DNA of 63,180 bases, counting the filler, from Rhabdomonas costata (lineage: Eukaryota): the NCBI GenBank assembly GCA_019059605.1. It is 53 parts of 53 records of this genome, joined end to end, with 100 filler letters (N's around TTAATTAATTAA, not from the genome) between each part and the next. Parts side by side here need not be neighbours in the genome. Positions count along the whole stretch, not along the records: positions 23,889 to 24,982 come from JAHMHO010028927.1; positions 25,083 to 26,176 come from JAHMHO010028928.1; positions 26,277 to 27,370 come from JAHMHO010028929.1; positions 27,471 to 28,564 come from JAHMHO010028930.1; positions 28,665 to 29,757 come from JAHMHO010028931.1; positions 29,858 to 30,951 come from JAHMHO010028932.1; positions 31,052 to 32,147 come from JAHMHO010028933.1; positions 32,248 to 33,341 come from JAHMHO010028934.1; 45 more parts are not named here. One strand, 5' to 3'. Within the stretch, counting starts at the first letter, position 1; each line of letters begins with the position of its first letter. Positions 24,370-37,544 of this stretch are shown piece after piece. A program made the position numbers and the translations under genes. The notes under the pieces are model-generated. The model had not been told where the DNA came from. It saw only the letters and a program-made list of their open reading frames with translations, and searched no databases.

Positions 24370-24982
24370 CGTACGTGATTAGATCACTTGAATAAAACAC
24401 TGGATGCGCTCTCACACGCACTTCATTTGGAATGCATGGCACAAAGGTTGTATCTGTAATCTTCTTTATTATGGCTAAATGTTACACGGCATTTGGTATA
24501 AGCTTACATGGTGTGCCCACAAACATACGTTGGTAATGCCTCCTCTTACTGATCAACAGATACTGACCCACACTGAACTTGTAATCTGCCTTCTTGAAAT
24601 TGGCATAGGCTGCGGTCTTCTGCTTTTATCTCTCAAATGCCTCCAGAAACTTCTTACAAATAGCCTTCATTCTCTTGATCTGGTAACTCACTCGAGCTCT
24701 CGCTGCTCATGGACCTGGCTTTGTAGTCTCTGGCAGGTCCCACCAGAACACTGGATGATACCCGTAGTTGAGGTACGATGGAATCTACTCCCTGTTTGCG
24801 ACGTGTGCACTGTTGATTGCAATCTCCACAAACACAAAAATGTCCATTCAACCCGTTCCAGGATGCGAATGCATCTGCGTAGTAATCGCCTGCTTCATAG
24901 TCTTACTTGCACGCTCTGCTTGCCAGTTGGTGTGTGGATTGTATGGCAAGGATCTTCTACTCTTGTTGTCCAAAAAGCCATC
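24370..24982 (-). mobile_element. Decayed Ty3/gypsy LTR-retrotransposon integrase (core end plus GPY/F region)
   Basis: Minus-strand translation: SLPYNPHTNWQAERASKT...VEIAINS...YLNYGYHP...QKTAAYAN...FSVGQYLL...KLIP...HPVFYSSDL, with several in-frame stops and at least one frameshift. Confidence 0.85.
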
Positions 24983-26458
24983 NNNNNNNNNNNNNNNNNN
25001 NNNNNNNNNNNNNNNNNNNNNNNNNNTTAATTAATTAANNNNNNNNNNNNNNNNNNNNNNNNNNNNNNNNNNNNNNNNNNNNTGTTGGGGGGGGGGCGAA
25101 CCCAACGCTAGACCCACATTCTTGCCATACGGGAGGGATGATAACTACATAAGATAATACATGTGAACTCGTAACCTCACATAATGCAACTGTTTTTGAC
25201 ACATCAGGATGCGCGCTTAGATTAAATGCGTACCCATATGGAATCGACGAAAGAAAATGCCATTGGATCAGGGAGGGGTCCCCTCCCTGCCATTCGTGCC
25301 ATTCCGAAAGTGTTTTTTATTAGAAAGGAATAAAAGGGAAATTTAGGAGCAAGCCAAGGGCAGGTTTGCGGACAAAGGCTCTAAAATCTGGGTGGGGGTG
25401 GGGGTAGTGTTTTCTTCTCTAGCACCCACTTATCCTCATCGAGCGTTGTAGACCAGGTTTTCTGCTGCCTGCTAGCCTTCATTGTTTGCCTTCGTTTACC
25501 TGTCTTCCGCAATCCTACTTTCTGTGGTTGGTGGCACCATCTTTTCGCACACCTCTTTTTTTTTAACACCATCTCATCATTTTTTAACATCATCTCAGTG
25601 AAAAAAACAAGGCCAGCAAATCTCAACCAAACCGGGCGTGGAGGAGGAGGACGAGGGGTGGTGTGGGGGCAGAATACTCCAGGCCAAACAGGAAGGACGG
25701 CATGTCACTGTAGAACAGTGAAATGTACACGTTATCGGATAGCGAGGCGATGTAGAACAGCTGCCGGAAGATCTGAGCGCCCCCACCCCAACACACACTT
25801 TCATTCCTGACGTGATCCCCAAACGGGTTCCGCAGCACCTTTGGCGAGAAACCCTCAGCGAAGGAGCGGGCGAAGGACAGAAAGAGGCAGAATAGTCGGA
25901 GCCAAGCGCTGACCCTAAGGCATACATGAGGCACTAGATTATGAGACGACAAAGTTGACCTTTCGTCACTTTTTTGGCCATTCACGCACTAAACCCAAAG
26001 CTATCAAGCCCCGGTTCATGTTCCGACCCAGCACCGGTTGTTTGTCTGCTGTTTCCACGGACTTCCGACTGAGTCGGAAAAGAAAAAAAAACACGTTTCC
26101 CTCGGAAACTGCCTGAGTTGCAAGAAAAGTGGACACCTAGAAGCGCCTGAGTGACACGACGACAGAGGCGGGAGTCNNNNNNNNNNNNNNNNNNNNNNNN
26201 NNNNNNNNNNNNNNNNNNNNTTAATTAATTAANNNNNNNNNNNNNNNNNNNNNNNNNNNNNNNNNNNNNNNNNNNNAAGCTAGGCGAGTTAGGGCGACTT
26301 GAGTGACCCCTCAACGCTGCGAGCTCCCTCATGCCGAGGTGAACATCGCAAACCCTGTGGTTTCGGCACCGGGCCACCTGAAAAAAATAGCCCCAGGAAA
26401 AAAGACCCACAAAAAAAGCCCCAGGAAAGTTTCGGAGAAGTCACGCTCACTACCTTAG

Positions 26459-26999
26459 GATGGTTGACGTCCCGGTGGATGCGTTGTGCGACGCCCTGGG
26501 GATCGCCCCCTCGGAGTTCACCATGGAGAAGCTTCAGCAGCTCCTGGCCTCGGCTCCCGCCGATGCCCTCCCTACCCCTTCTGCAGTTCCCTTTCCAAGG
26601 CTGCACGTCGAGGCCCCAGATGCAGTCCACCTTCAGCCTACTTTCCACCCAGCCAACGGGCACACTCCCTCTACTACAGCGCTTTCTGCTTCGCAGCAGT
26701 ACTACGGCGCAGAGGTTCGCTTCGGTGCCCCAACCTCTCCGGGAAGTCCTGAGGAGACCAGGGTGGTGGCTGGGAACCGCAGCGTGGCGCAGTGGGGGAG
26801 GGCCCGCCTTGGCGACATTGGCCGTGCCCAAGCGGCAGCCGCAGTAGCAGCAGCGCAGGTTACTGCACAGGGGCTGGGCTCTGCTGGTACTTCTGCTGCC
26901 GCGGTCCCCAGGCCATCGGCGGGGGTGGTGGCGGCTGAGGAAGGGGAGGCGCCCCCTTGTGAGCACTTCGACCACTGGAGACGACTTCGTGTGAAGAAG
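26459..26999 (+). CDS. Large exon of a low-complexity protein ending in a possible Zn-finger start (PPCEHFDHWRRLRVKK)
   Basis: ttag acceptor, AAG|gtctgt donor, open GC-rich frame; family not confidently recognised. Confidence 0.55.
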
Positions 27000-27739
27000 G
27001 TCTGTGTACGCAGTGATTCGAACAGTGATTCCTTTTTACAACTGTAAAACCTACTGTAAAAAGCAGTATGCAATCAGGTGTCCGAGGTTCCCAAGCAAGG
27101 CTTTGGTTCCAGAATGTGGTTAACCCGCTGGCGTCGAAAAGTGACACTTACTACTTAGAAACAGAAAATGCGAGAAATTGGCATTATTCCAGAATAACAT
27201 TCCCTGGAGAACGTTTTCCGGGCGTCTCCCTTGGCACCGCAGGACAGCGGACTTCGAAGGTGACGGACTTGATATATATTTCTTTTTTATCAACCTTTCA
27301 ACCCGAATTTCTTAATCTTGTTGGTGCCCATCCTCCCAAGTGAGGAATTCCAAACGGTCACCCAACCCCCNNNNNNNNNNNNNNNNNNNNNNNNNNNNNN
27401 NNNNNNNNNNNNNNTTAATTAATTAANNNNNNNNNNNNNNNNNNNNNNNNNNNNNNNNNNNNNNNNNNNNTTGTTGTGGTGCTCGCGAATTTTTTCCCCA
27501 TCGCGACGCCACCTTCCGCCCGTGGGGATCACGGGCTCTGCGAAGCTTTCCGCCTCTCTGCGCAGGGCGGTGCTGCTGGCCGAGGGCAACCCAGGCAAGG
27601 GTGCACGGATGCTGTTTTCCAATTCAACGCCCGCCGCAGATGCCTTTTCCTCCCTGCAGGCACTGCACCCGGCTGGAGCTCCAGTCCCCCGGGCCCCGGT
27701 TCCCACTCAGCCTCTGGTGGACCTGACCTCAGATGCGGT

Positions 27740-28440
27740 TCGGGAGCCGCCCTGTCGTTTGCCCCAGGCTCTGGAGCGGGTCCCTCCGGTTTCCGCCCCG
27801 TGTATCTCTGCGAGCTGTTGCTCTGCGGCACCGTGGTCTCTCAAGAAGCTCTTTTTTCTGCGTTAACAAAGGTCGTTAACTTACTGGCTAATGGCCAGGT
27901 CCCGGCAGAGCTTTCTTTCCTCTGGGCGGGCGCTCGCCTCATCGGGCCCGGAAAGGAGGGTGGTGGGTACGCCCAGTCGCTGTGGGGAGACTCAGAAGAG
28001 TGGTCAGCAAAGTTCTGCTCTCGAATCACTCCTCGTTCCTATGTTCCTTGCTCGCTCCTAACCAAGTCGGGGTTGGTGTTTCGAACGCTTTTTAATTGAT
28101 TGTCCATAGTGTGAGGGAGTGGCGAGAAACCACAGATGGCACCCTCTGCCTTGTACAGTTAGATTTTCCTAATGCCTTCAAAAATGCTTGGCGGAGGAGC
28201 ATTTCTCCCTGAATTGCGGACGCGAGCCCCTGTGTTCGGCCCATGGGCAGACTGGTGCTATGCCTCCCCGACACCCCTCTTCCAAGCACACGGCATCATT
28301 TCTTCTGCGCAGGCGTCCAGCAGCCCTCTTCCTGCCCTCTTCTCTGTCGGAACACTCTCGGCAGTCGAGTTGGCTTGGCATCTCGTGAGCTTGGGGAGTT
28401 TGGATTTTGGACGACGGTCATTTGCTTGGCACACCACACC
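27740..28440 (+). mobile_element. Decayed non-LTR retrotransposon reverse transcriptase, CRE/SLACS-like
   Basis: Across frameshifts: GAGPSGFRP..L; NLLANGQVP...GARLI; RPVAVG.LRR; NQVGVG; LVQLDFPNAF; WADWCY; GVQQ; PALFS; WILDDGHL (YxDD box). Confidence 0.88.
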
Positions 28441-28563
28441 AGTTGTCCCACGCACTCGACGCACTCAGGGGGACATCACACGGGGACCACTTGCTGTGCT
28501 GCGCCCTGCAGGGGACAACTGGTGTGGTTTGCCAAGCAAATGACCGTCGTCCAAAATCCAAAC
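28398..28563. repeat. 52-bp inverted repeat pair (28398-28449 / 28512-28563), one mismatch
   Basis: gtttggattttggacgacggtcatttgcttggca.accacaccagttgtccc and its reverse complement at the contig end. Confidence 0.95.
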
Positions 28564-31500
28564 CNNNNNNNNNNNNNNNNNNNNNNNNNNNNNNNNNNNN
28601 NNNNNNNNTTAATTAATTAANNNNNNNNNNNNNNNNNNNNNNNNNNNNNNNNNNNNNNNNNNNNTTTTCAGCGCCTGCAACGCTATGTTCCACGCATTTG
28701 TCCCTCAATACCATGGAGGTGCAGCAGCTTTCACGACACGGGTTTCAAGCCCCCCCCCCGACGCGAGAACCCCATTGCGCCGGTGGTTTCTTGAACAAGT
28801 CTCTCCCGAAACTTGCACTTTTTTGGTTGGCCGTTTACATTTTCCTATTATTGTTTCAGAAGTGGTGTTATAAAAAAGCGTTCTAACTCCTTTAACCGAG
28901 AAGCTGGAAAGGCACTCAACGTCGAGACGGCAGTCGGAGGCAATTGCCAGAATGAACAAAAACAGCAGCTCTAGTCTTCCAGGTCAGTCGATGCTAAGTC
29001 GATTCAAATGACAACAAAATCTCCCGCCCGGTGGTTCTCTTGTGCTCCGCATCTTCAAAGAAATATCAACTTGGCTAAGCGATAGTGGCAAAATGAACGT
29101 CAATTTTAAAGCTCAAAGCGCAAAAACAAAATGATGAACTGACACGTTAATTTTTAGGGGTAGTGGCTTTACGGGGACCCCCCCGTATCAAGTGTATTTT
29201 GAGGACCCCCCCCCGTCTTCGGTTGTTTTCGGTGTATTTTACGGACCCAGGCTTTCTTTGAGATTTTGTTGCTTGCTATGACGCGGAGAGGAGTGAGATT
29301 TCCGGTGGCGAGGCAAAAGAAAGTGAAGGTGAAAGTACAGAGTATGTTGCGCGGAGGGGCTCCGCCCCCACCCCCCGCACCCCCCCGCGGGTGCATCGCC
29401 ACCTAATCCCATGCAAGATCTTCCGCCTTGTTCCAGGGGCCAGAGCAGCCGCACGAGGGGAACACACACACAGTAATCAAACAAGATAGATCTTTCAGGG
29501 GGTTAGAGGGCGATGCCTGAACAGTCCTGGGGGCTTTTTGAAAGACTGCTGTGGAGCGCCTGTTTTTTTTCTTTGCTTGCCGTCCTGTGGGATCGCGAGG
29601 GTCGGTAAAAATACACCTGATCCCCAACGGGCGGATGGACCCCTGTCTGGGTCAGGCACAAGAATCTGCCCGTAGACAGACGTATTTTTAATAAATTTTA
29701 ATTAAGTAAGAGGGTGAGAAAATTTATGACCATTTAGCTGTCCCCCTCCCCCAAACCNNNNNNNNNNNNNNNNNNNNNNNNNNNNNNNNNNNNNNNNNNN
29801 NTTAATTAATTAANNNNNNNNNNNNNNNNNNNNNNNNNNNNNNNNNNNNNNNNNNNNGGGGGGGGTGTGGTGGGGTGTGAAGAGCACGGTATGGCGGAAT
29901 GAGGAACTTTTTCCAGGGAGAATGTGAACGTATTGGTGTTTGTGCGTGTTTGGGGCGTCGCTGATATTCGTGCCCCTCGAAGGTCCTCTTCGAAAGTAAA
30001 GTGTGTATGGGTTACCCCTCCCGTTGCTGTTGGATCTTTCTTCCTGCAGCTGGAGATTCCGAACACTGTTACAACCCCACGGTCTCGTTTGAGGCTTGCC
30101 AGAAGGCCTGCCAGAATATGCACGGAGACCACTGCCGCTATCTCAGGATTTTTCACCGTTCGTGCCGTGCCCCTCACCCTCCACGCCTCCCTCCTGACCC
30201 TCACCCACGGGCCTGCCTTCTTTTTCCTGTGCGTTTTCTGTGACGCACCCGAAGACGAATGGATTTAGGGTGTTTCGGATATTGTGTTTTGCAGAGGATA
30301 TGCTGTGCTGCCACGTGTCGGGCGCTGGTCGTGCGGATCAAGGTGCAGTCACTTCCTCCGAAACCCATGCGGCGTTGACCGCACCGCTCCTCTCCCTCCC
30401 CTTCCTCTTCCTCCGAAGGATCAAACACGGGCAAGAGTTGCCGCTGGGCTTTTTTCCCAGAAACTGTATATTACTGAAGGTTTGCAGCAAGTAATGCTCA
30501 TGTTTACATACTTTCTCAGCCAAAAAACTGATTCACAGACGTTTGACAAGGAGAAATCGCAAGCTTGCAAGCAATACGTTTGAGAGAATGGGCAAGAGGA
30601 GGGGAAAATGATGGAAAGTTGATGGCACTGTGCAGAATGGCGTGGACTGCAACACAAAGAATACCGAGAACACCAAAAGCGTCCAGCAAGGTTTGGCCTT
30701 TTCCGGTTTGCACTGCCTCTCTCTGTTGTCCTGCCAGGTCAGCTGGCGGGTGCCCCACAAGCTGAGCCTGTGCGAGCAGCCGTGGCGAGGGCGGAGGTGC
30801 CCCCCCCCTTCCGCATACAGACACGCACAAACACACGACCCCACCTCCCACTGGATGCGGCAGCGAAACACAATAAAACGTGTGTCACACCGACGTGCTA
30901 GACCGGCCTATGCTGAAACGTTTGGTGGTTGGTTGCACTCGTTTCGCTTCTNNNNNNNNNNNNNNNNNNNNNNNNNNNNNNNNNNNNNNNNNNNNTTAAT
31001 TAATTAANNNNNNNNNNNNNNNNNNNNNNNNNNNNNNNNNNNNNNNNNNNNGTGGGGGCCACCCCGGAATCCGTCAGCCCCCCACGCAGCTGCTGCAGCA
31101 GAGACAGCGGCTTCGACGGGGTCCGATCTGCGTTGTTTCAGAGCAGTGGCTCACAACAAAAGTTAGGTTGTCACCAAAAAGATATCTGAAGTTTCGACAA
31201 TTCAAACTTAGTTTGAATGTTCGTATTTTGAAGAAAAAAAGAATCAAATCAGCTTGATTAAGAATATAATGTGGTAAGAGCAGGTGCATTGCTGAGCCAG
31301 AAATTCGTGATTGCATTCGGAAATTCTGTCGGCAACGGGAACACCAAAGCTTCCTTCAATCCTTAAAAAGGACAATAGATTGTTTCAGCTGTGGGGGCAT
31401 TGATGTTGCGATTTGAAACTCTCTACTGTTTCGCGCTGCTGAGATGGGCTGAATATGTTCCCAAGTGTGTGTCCCTTTATTATTATTTTTATTTTTAATA

Positions 31501-31977
31501 TATATAGCAGCATGCGGCAAGCAGCAAACCTTGCACCCCGAGGTATCTGCAGGAGCCAAAGAATTGGCTTCCAAACGATGGCCTCCTGAGAATGCCACCA
31601 GAAGCGCAAAACCAGGTCGAGCACAGCCGCTCCCCCCACCCCCACTCCCGCATGAAATCAGCGGGGATCAACACCAGCCCAGAATTCTTGCACCCCAAAA
31701 CTTTAGACTTGCAAGGGAAACAAAGAGGAAGGTTTTCATCCGGCAATTTTGGCAAACCGTTCTACAGAGTTGGCTTGTAGCAATGGAGTCATCTCGAAGC
31801 CCAGAACAGCAACGATGGATGTGAATTCATCGCATGAGTGTCCATGCGGGGTTCGGGAGGGAGGCGGTGGGGAGGTACCTCTCGAAGGGGCTTGTAGAGG
31901 ATGCGAATGCGCAGGCATCCACTGCAGGATCCTTCTGGAAAAAGAAAGACGCGGCTGTTGTTGGCGTCCGTGTGTGT

Positions 31978-32147
31978 ATGTGTGTGTTGGGCGCACTGCG
32001 CGCTGGCTGTTGCCTGGTTGCCTGGTTGAGTGGTTGGTGGTGACCACGGTGGGCTGACTGGCGCACGCGGTGTTGGCCACGGGTGCTCGCGAGAGGTGCC
32101 GTTGGAGCGAACGGTGCCGTGGGGAACCGAAATCGGCTCACCACCGA
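31978..32147 (+). repeat. Dispersed hairpin-rich repeat family, copy B
   Basis: Aligns with 18833-19006 with scattered substitutions. Confidence 0.9.
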
Positions 32148-32257
32148 NNNNNNNNNNNNNNNNNNNNNNNNNNNNNNNNNNNNNNNNNNNNTTAATTAAT
32201 TAANNNNNNNNNNNNNNNNNNNNNNNNNNNNNNNNNNNNNNNNNNNNGGTTGGTGGT

Positions 32258-32646
32258 GTCGTGACTCCGCCATTCACTGGGCCACTGGGTTGAGGGCTTA
32301 GGTTCAGGCCATTCTGGCGTCCGGGGATTACTGCCCTTGATTTAAATCGAGAAAATACGAGGACTGTGGGCCAGGGAAGGGATTCCAGTTCATAATTTAA
32401 GAGTAAGAGCAAGAGGATGTGAGTTAGGCTCGCTGGAGGACTGATTTTGTGAGATGGGTGGTTGAGTGATGGAAACAATCAACAGGATAAGAGATCATGT
32501 AATGGACGATGGTTTTGGTTGGTACTACGATACGGGTTACGAGTTAGGTTTTCGAGGCTGTGCACCGGATATGGGGTATGCGCAGGTTGGAGATTAGGGG
32601 GCAGGTCGTGACTCCGCCATTCACTGGGCCACTGGGTTGAGGGCTT
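32258..32646. repeat. 42-bp exact direct repeat (32258-32299 / 32605-32646)
   Basis: gtcgtgactccgccattcactgggccactgggttgagggctt occurs twice. Confidence 0.95.
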
Positions 32647-33214
32647 GGGTTTCGGTTAGGGAGTTAATTCTGGTGCGGGGCCAGCCTCACTGGCTCATAC
32701 ATGCCATCCTTGGCCACCGTCTCATAGACAGCTGCTGTACTAGCACGGTTCCTAACTCAAAGGGGCTTGGCACGCAGCACCACAACAGAAAGATTCCCCT
32801 CACAATCCCAGCCTTTCAATCCACCCCAAGTTACAGTATCTTTTTCAAAGTTTTTATACACTTTTTCCAATTGTAAAAAACAAAAAAACGACTCTGACCC
32901 TGAATCCTTTCTAAGACAGAGACAGGAGCGGGGAGGGAGAGAATTGGGACCTTCAGCGGTTTCAGCATAGAGGAGCTCTCGGCAGTCTGAGAGTGCAGTT
33001 GGATCTTGTCCTATGGAGAGATGGGGGGGGGGTGAAGAGTGAGCAAGGGCCGAAGTTTTGTGGAGGTGATCAAAGCGGGGTAAGGTTGATGGCATACCGG
33101 TATGCAAGTCGTGCACCACAGATGAACCCGCAAGATCTGAAAACGTACTGCAACAGAAACCATGAATGACTAGCAAATGACTATAACGACTCTCCAGAAA
33201 AAGATCACCCCTAC

Positions 33215-33341
33215 CTTAGACTTGATCTCCTCGGTGGGGCCGATGGAGTTCCCTGCCACCACTAGACGGGCGACCTGCCGCGCCAGCTCGGTGTCCCCGG
33301 CCACCCCACACAAGAAGTCCCCAAGAAGCTGCAGCCACAAA
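33215..33341 (-). CDS. POLD2: DNA polymerase delta small subunit exon
   Basis: LQLLGDFLCGVAGDTELARQVARLVVAGNSI matches the POLD2 motif QLLxDxxxG...IxRvIIAGNS; ends AAG|gtaggg. Confidence 0.8.
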
Positions 33342-34805
33342 NNNNNNNNNNNNNNNNNNNNNNNNNNNNNNNNNNNNNNNNNNNNTTAATTAATTAANNN
33401 NNNNNNNNNNNNNNNNNNNNNNNNNNNNNNNNNNNNNNNNNGTTTTGTGGCAGTATGTAGTTTCCCCGACGTGTGATGCTTCTTTTAGCGGTGCTGGCGG
33501 ACAGATCGTGAGCATTTGTTGTGTGTTATTGCCTGTGTCTGGTGTGACGGAACCAAAACGCATTCAAGTGGGAGTACTGGCTACTAGGAAGAGCGAGATA
33601 CTGCGTGAGGTGACGCGGATTTCTTGCACAGCGGAGATGGAAGAGTTGGGAAGATCTCATGCAACGAGTGCAGTTTTGCACACGTGCATCGTACTGCGGT
33701 GTCGGTCACGGTCCGATTATGTGCATTGTGGCTTTCTTTTGGCAGTGTGAAAATCCTGTTCTTTTTTCCTTGAGAGTTCTTGCAGTGTACTTGGGTGCGA
33801 GTCTCTATCAACGGCGCTGAGTTCGTTCATGTGACATCCCCCCTCTCCTCACGTTTTTTCTGTTTCGTGTCCCTTCTCGTGTCCCTGGAACACACACCCT
33901 CTCTCCCGCCTACAGCGCATTTCCCCCGGTGTCCCACTGTGCGCGCCGCACGTGTCCGCTGTCCTTTCCCGCCACCCACCAACAGCCACCCATCTCTTGT
34001 GGGGTTTCAATGCTGCGAGGGCGGACATAGCCCAACCCTTCGGAGTGTCTTTGTGCCCCGAAAGGCGCCACCAAAATGATCCTGGACGCGGATGGCGTGG
34101 CTAATAAAGGTAACGTGGAGGCTGCAGACGTGGAATTACGTGAGAGAGCGTGTTCGGAGTTCGGTTGGCTGATGGGTGGGAAGTTTCCTTCTTGTTGGAG
34201 TGCTGCTCTGGTTGCTTTTTCATGATAGTTGTGCTTTAACGTTTTTTGAGTCCCTCGGGGTATCCTGGAATTTGGTCGCCTTTTGGCCACGACTAGAAAT
34301 TTACCAGAATCATCAGAGAAGGTATTGCTAGTCACTAGTCAGGATGATATTTTCCGTTCCTGAGATGGCAGCCAATCTTCCAACTGTCTTCTGGAATCCT
34401 GCTGCACAACTCTTGGTTCGAGGAAGCCTTGTAGGATCTGATATTGGGTACAGCTTTGCACTTGCCTTGGTTTTAATTAAAGCGCTGTTGCTGCTGCGGG
34501 TGATCTGACACGCTTTGCACAGAGGAGGAGTTGAANNNNNNNNNNNNNNNNNNNNNNNNNNNNNNNNNNNNNNNNNNNNTTAATTAATTAANNNNNNNNN
34601 NNNNNNNNNNNNNNNNNNNNNNNNNNNNNNNNNNNGTGGGTTGGGGTGGTTTGGCAGTTCTTGCGTTTGTGCTTAGACTTCAGCTGCAGTTGCGTTGCTA
34701 AGTCGGGCATGCCCGTTCATCCTGCCCTGTGATTGTTGAACCCGTCATTCACTACGGCGTTCTCCCACACATGTCAATACGTTACTCGTGGCTTTGCTGC
34801 CCCAG

Positions 34806-35029
34806 GAGTTCCCTGAGATGCACATTGTGGCCCTTTCGGGAAACGTTTGTGTGGATAAAAAGCCCTCTGCTGTGAACTGGATCCGCGGCCGAGGCAAGTC
34901 TGTCACCGCAGAGGCCGTGGTGGCCGCTGAGGTTGTGCGGACGGTGCTGAAGACCCCCCCCGCCGCAATGGCGGAGGTCAACATCGACAAGACGCTCATC
35001 GGCTCAGCCGTGGCTGGATCTGTGGGCGG
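34806..35029 (+). CDS. HMGCR: Class I HMG-CoA reductase exon
   Basis: [33 protein letters not shown]...VLKT...[18 protein letters not shown]; cag/gtaaga boundaries. Confidence 0.97.
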
Positions 35030-36288
35030 GTAAGACAACACCTTAAAAAAATGGAAGGGGTGGGGCTGTGCTTTTCTTTCAGATTCGTCCATCAAACAGC
35101 CCAAGCAATGCAGAGCGTCTCAGCTTCATATCACATGTGAAAGGGGGCTACAACTCACCCGCGTTGGAGACCATTTTGGACATTTGCCTTCTGCCTTCTA
35201 GTATCCTGCTGAGGATTAGATTATGGATCGCATGACGAGATTGGTCCAAAACACAGACATCAATAGCAAGAGCTCCGGGCTCGCGACAAGCTGTATATTT
35301 GAAACGAGGCAAACTTACCTCCAAGGGGATAGGGAGGAAAAGAAGAAGGCAGTGAGAAACGGGAGGCAGGAGGCAGTAGTGGAGTAGAGATGGAAAGGAT
35401 TATGACTCAAAGGAAATGGGCGGAGGACAAAGAAAGGAGAGAGGAGAAGACAGTGAGGCCATGACATTGACATGGCAGAGAGGAAACCACCTTTTTTCCA
35501 GTGGCGCCTTTTGAAGTCATAACGAGTGAAACACGTGACCCTTCATATTGGCATTGGCAACCCTGTTGGTTTTACGAGTCTTTCAACACTTGCCACCCCT
35601 CCCCCAACTATCTCGATGTGGTTTTTTAAGGTTCAACGCACATGCCGCGAACATGGTTGCCGCGGTTTTCATTGCCACAGGTACGCCTCCACTTCTTTCG
35701 CTTGCACCCCCACCCACCTACCCACCCCNNNNNNNNNNNNNNNNNNNNNNNNNNNNNNNNNNNNNNNNNNNNTTAATTAATTAANNNNNNNNNNNNNNNN
35801 NNNNNNNNNNNNNNNNNNNNNNNNNNNNGGGGTTTGTGGGCAGTACCTGGTTTACCTGAACCTCCTTGTCCACCTGGTGCAGGAAACTCTGGTACTGCCT
35901 GCAAAACCCATCCCACAGGCCCCCCCCCCGTAAAGCCCACGTCAATATACTCATGCATCATATCAGATTTGACGGCTCCCTTTTGGTCAAGACACTTAAA
36001 CACCGGTGAGAGACCCTTTGAAAACAAGCACATCTTCATTCTCTGGTTCTGTATCGCCACTGAGTGGAAGTTGTCACTGAAAGAAGTCGAGCTACTGGAG
36101 TTCATAATCTCTGAAAATTGATAAAGTCGAGTTGTCAGTGGTAATAAAATACCCCAGCATGCACCGTCTTGGTTTGAGCGACCGGGTGACCTTTGCCCTT
36201 TTGACATTTTTGCCCGAGGATGGAAGGAAACACTGTTGCACGTGCAAATGCAGTGATGCGTGTGTGGGGGCACGCACATGTCGCCCAC

Positions 36289-36426
36289 GTCGTCGCACCA
36301 CAGGTCCATGAACAAAAACATCGCATCCAAGAAGGCTTCGTAGTCCAAGGTGTCCCGGCCACGGGAGTCAAAGATCCAGTCGTCCTCAATAATCTCGTCA
36401 TACCTGGACTCGGGCATGTCGGGGTT
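36289..36426 (-). CDS. Exon of a degenerate EF-hand-like protein
   Basis: ttag/gt boundaries; EDDWIFDSRGRDTLDYEAFLDAMFLFMDLWCDD has an EF-loop-like D.....LD..F pattern. Confidence 0.5.
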
Positions 36427-37337
36427 CTAAAGCGGGGGCAAAGACTTACAGGGAGGTAGAGCGCTCTCTTACTCCCTGGCTTGCATCTAAATTGTGCATC
36501 CTTCAAACTACACCCTCTGCAGTACTATGCATCAATTGACCAGAAGGAACCCATGGAGATTCAATGAATATGATACACAGTTAGATTTTCGAACACAGCG
36601 CTACCGCTGATTTACACGTCGATGATTTACAAACAAAGGTGTCCTGACCGCGAATTGAAGGGCATCCTAGGTCAGAGGGAAGTTCACAACTCCCCCAAAG
36701 TCAAAATGCCAGCACCCTGAGACCAAGATCGCTCAAGTGAATATAGAGGGTCTGTCTGCGGATCGATGAGAGTAACCAGGTGTGTTCTCCGGGACGCCCA
36801 CCCTTTTACCTCACCCACATGGCATCACCCTGTAGTTCTGGCGCATCAGAACCACAGGAGCTGCAGGTAGGTGGAGGCAATGGCATTGCCAGGGAAGCGG
36901 CGGCATTTTGCGCACACCCCACNNNNNNNNNNNNNNNNNNNNNNNNNNNNNNNNNNNNNNNNNNNNTTAATTAATTAANNNNNNNNNNNNNNNNNNNNNN
37001 NNNNNNNNNNNNNNNNNNNNNNTGGGTGGGTTTGGTTTTGGTGCTGCTGCGAATCTGCAATCTGAAATGTAGCCTCTTAGCCCAGGTGCTCAGTCAAGGC
37101 ACCTGACATAAGCTTGATCAGTCGATTTAATGACTGTCGTGAGGGTGTTTTCGTTGTTTAGCGGGTGGCGACAACTTGCAACAACCCGTTTCCGGAGGAC
37201 GCCTTGTCTCCTTGCTGCGGATCTTTGTGTAAATATGCTTTAGTAATTTTGTGATCCCATCCCTGCCCCAAGTTCATTCCGAGGGAAGTGGGAGGGGTTC
37301 CTGTGGGTAATGTCAGATTCCGTCCATTCATTGGTAG

Positions 37338-37544
37338 AGCGTCCCCATGCTGGGCGTGATCCACGCCACGATACTGAAGCTGAGTGACAGCTTGGTGGTG
37401 TACAGCAGCAAGGCGGATCCTGGGCCCAAGGGGAAGTCCAAGCTTACTGCGCTGCAGAAGCAGGAGGCGATGCAGGTGCTGAGCTCCCATCTGGCCAAGA
37501 ACGCGGACACCCTTCTCACGGTTTTCAGTGGAAGAGTGAACCAG
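37338..37544 (+). CDS. Exon of a hypothetical protein with probable GC donor
   Basis: tag acceptor; open GC3-rich frame; composition switches at CAG|gcgtgtgt. Confidence 0.55.

Noticed and set aside
29160-29400. GGGGCTCCGCCCC / poly-C motifs as transposon termini
   Set aside because: No matching second terminus or target-site duplication in the contig.
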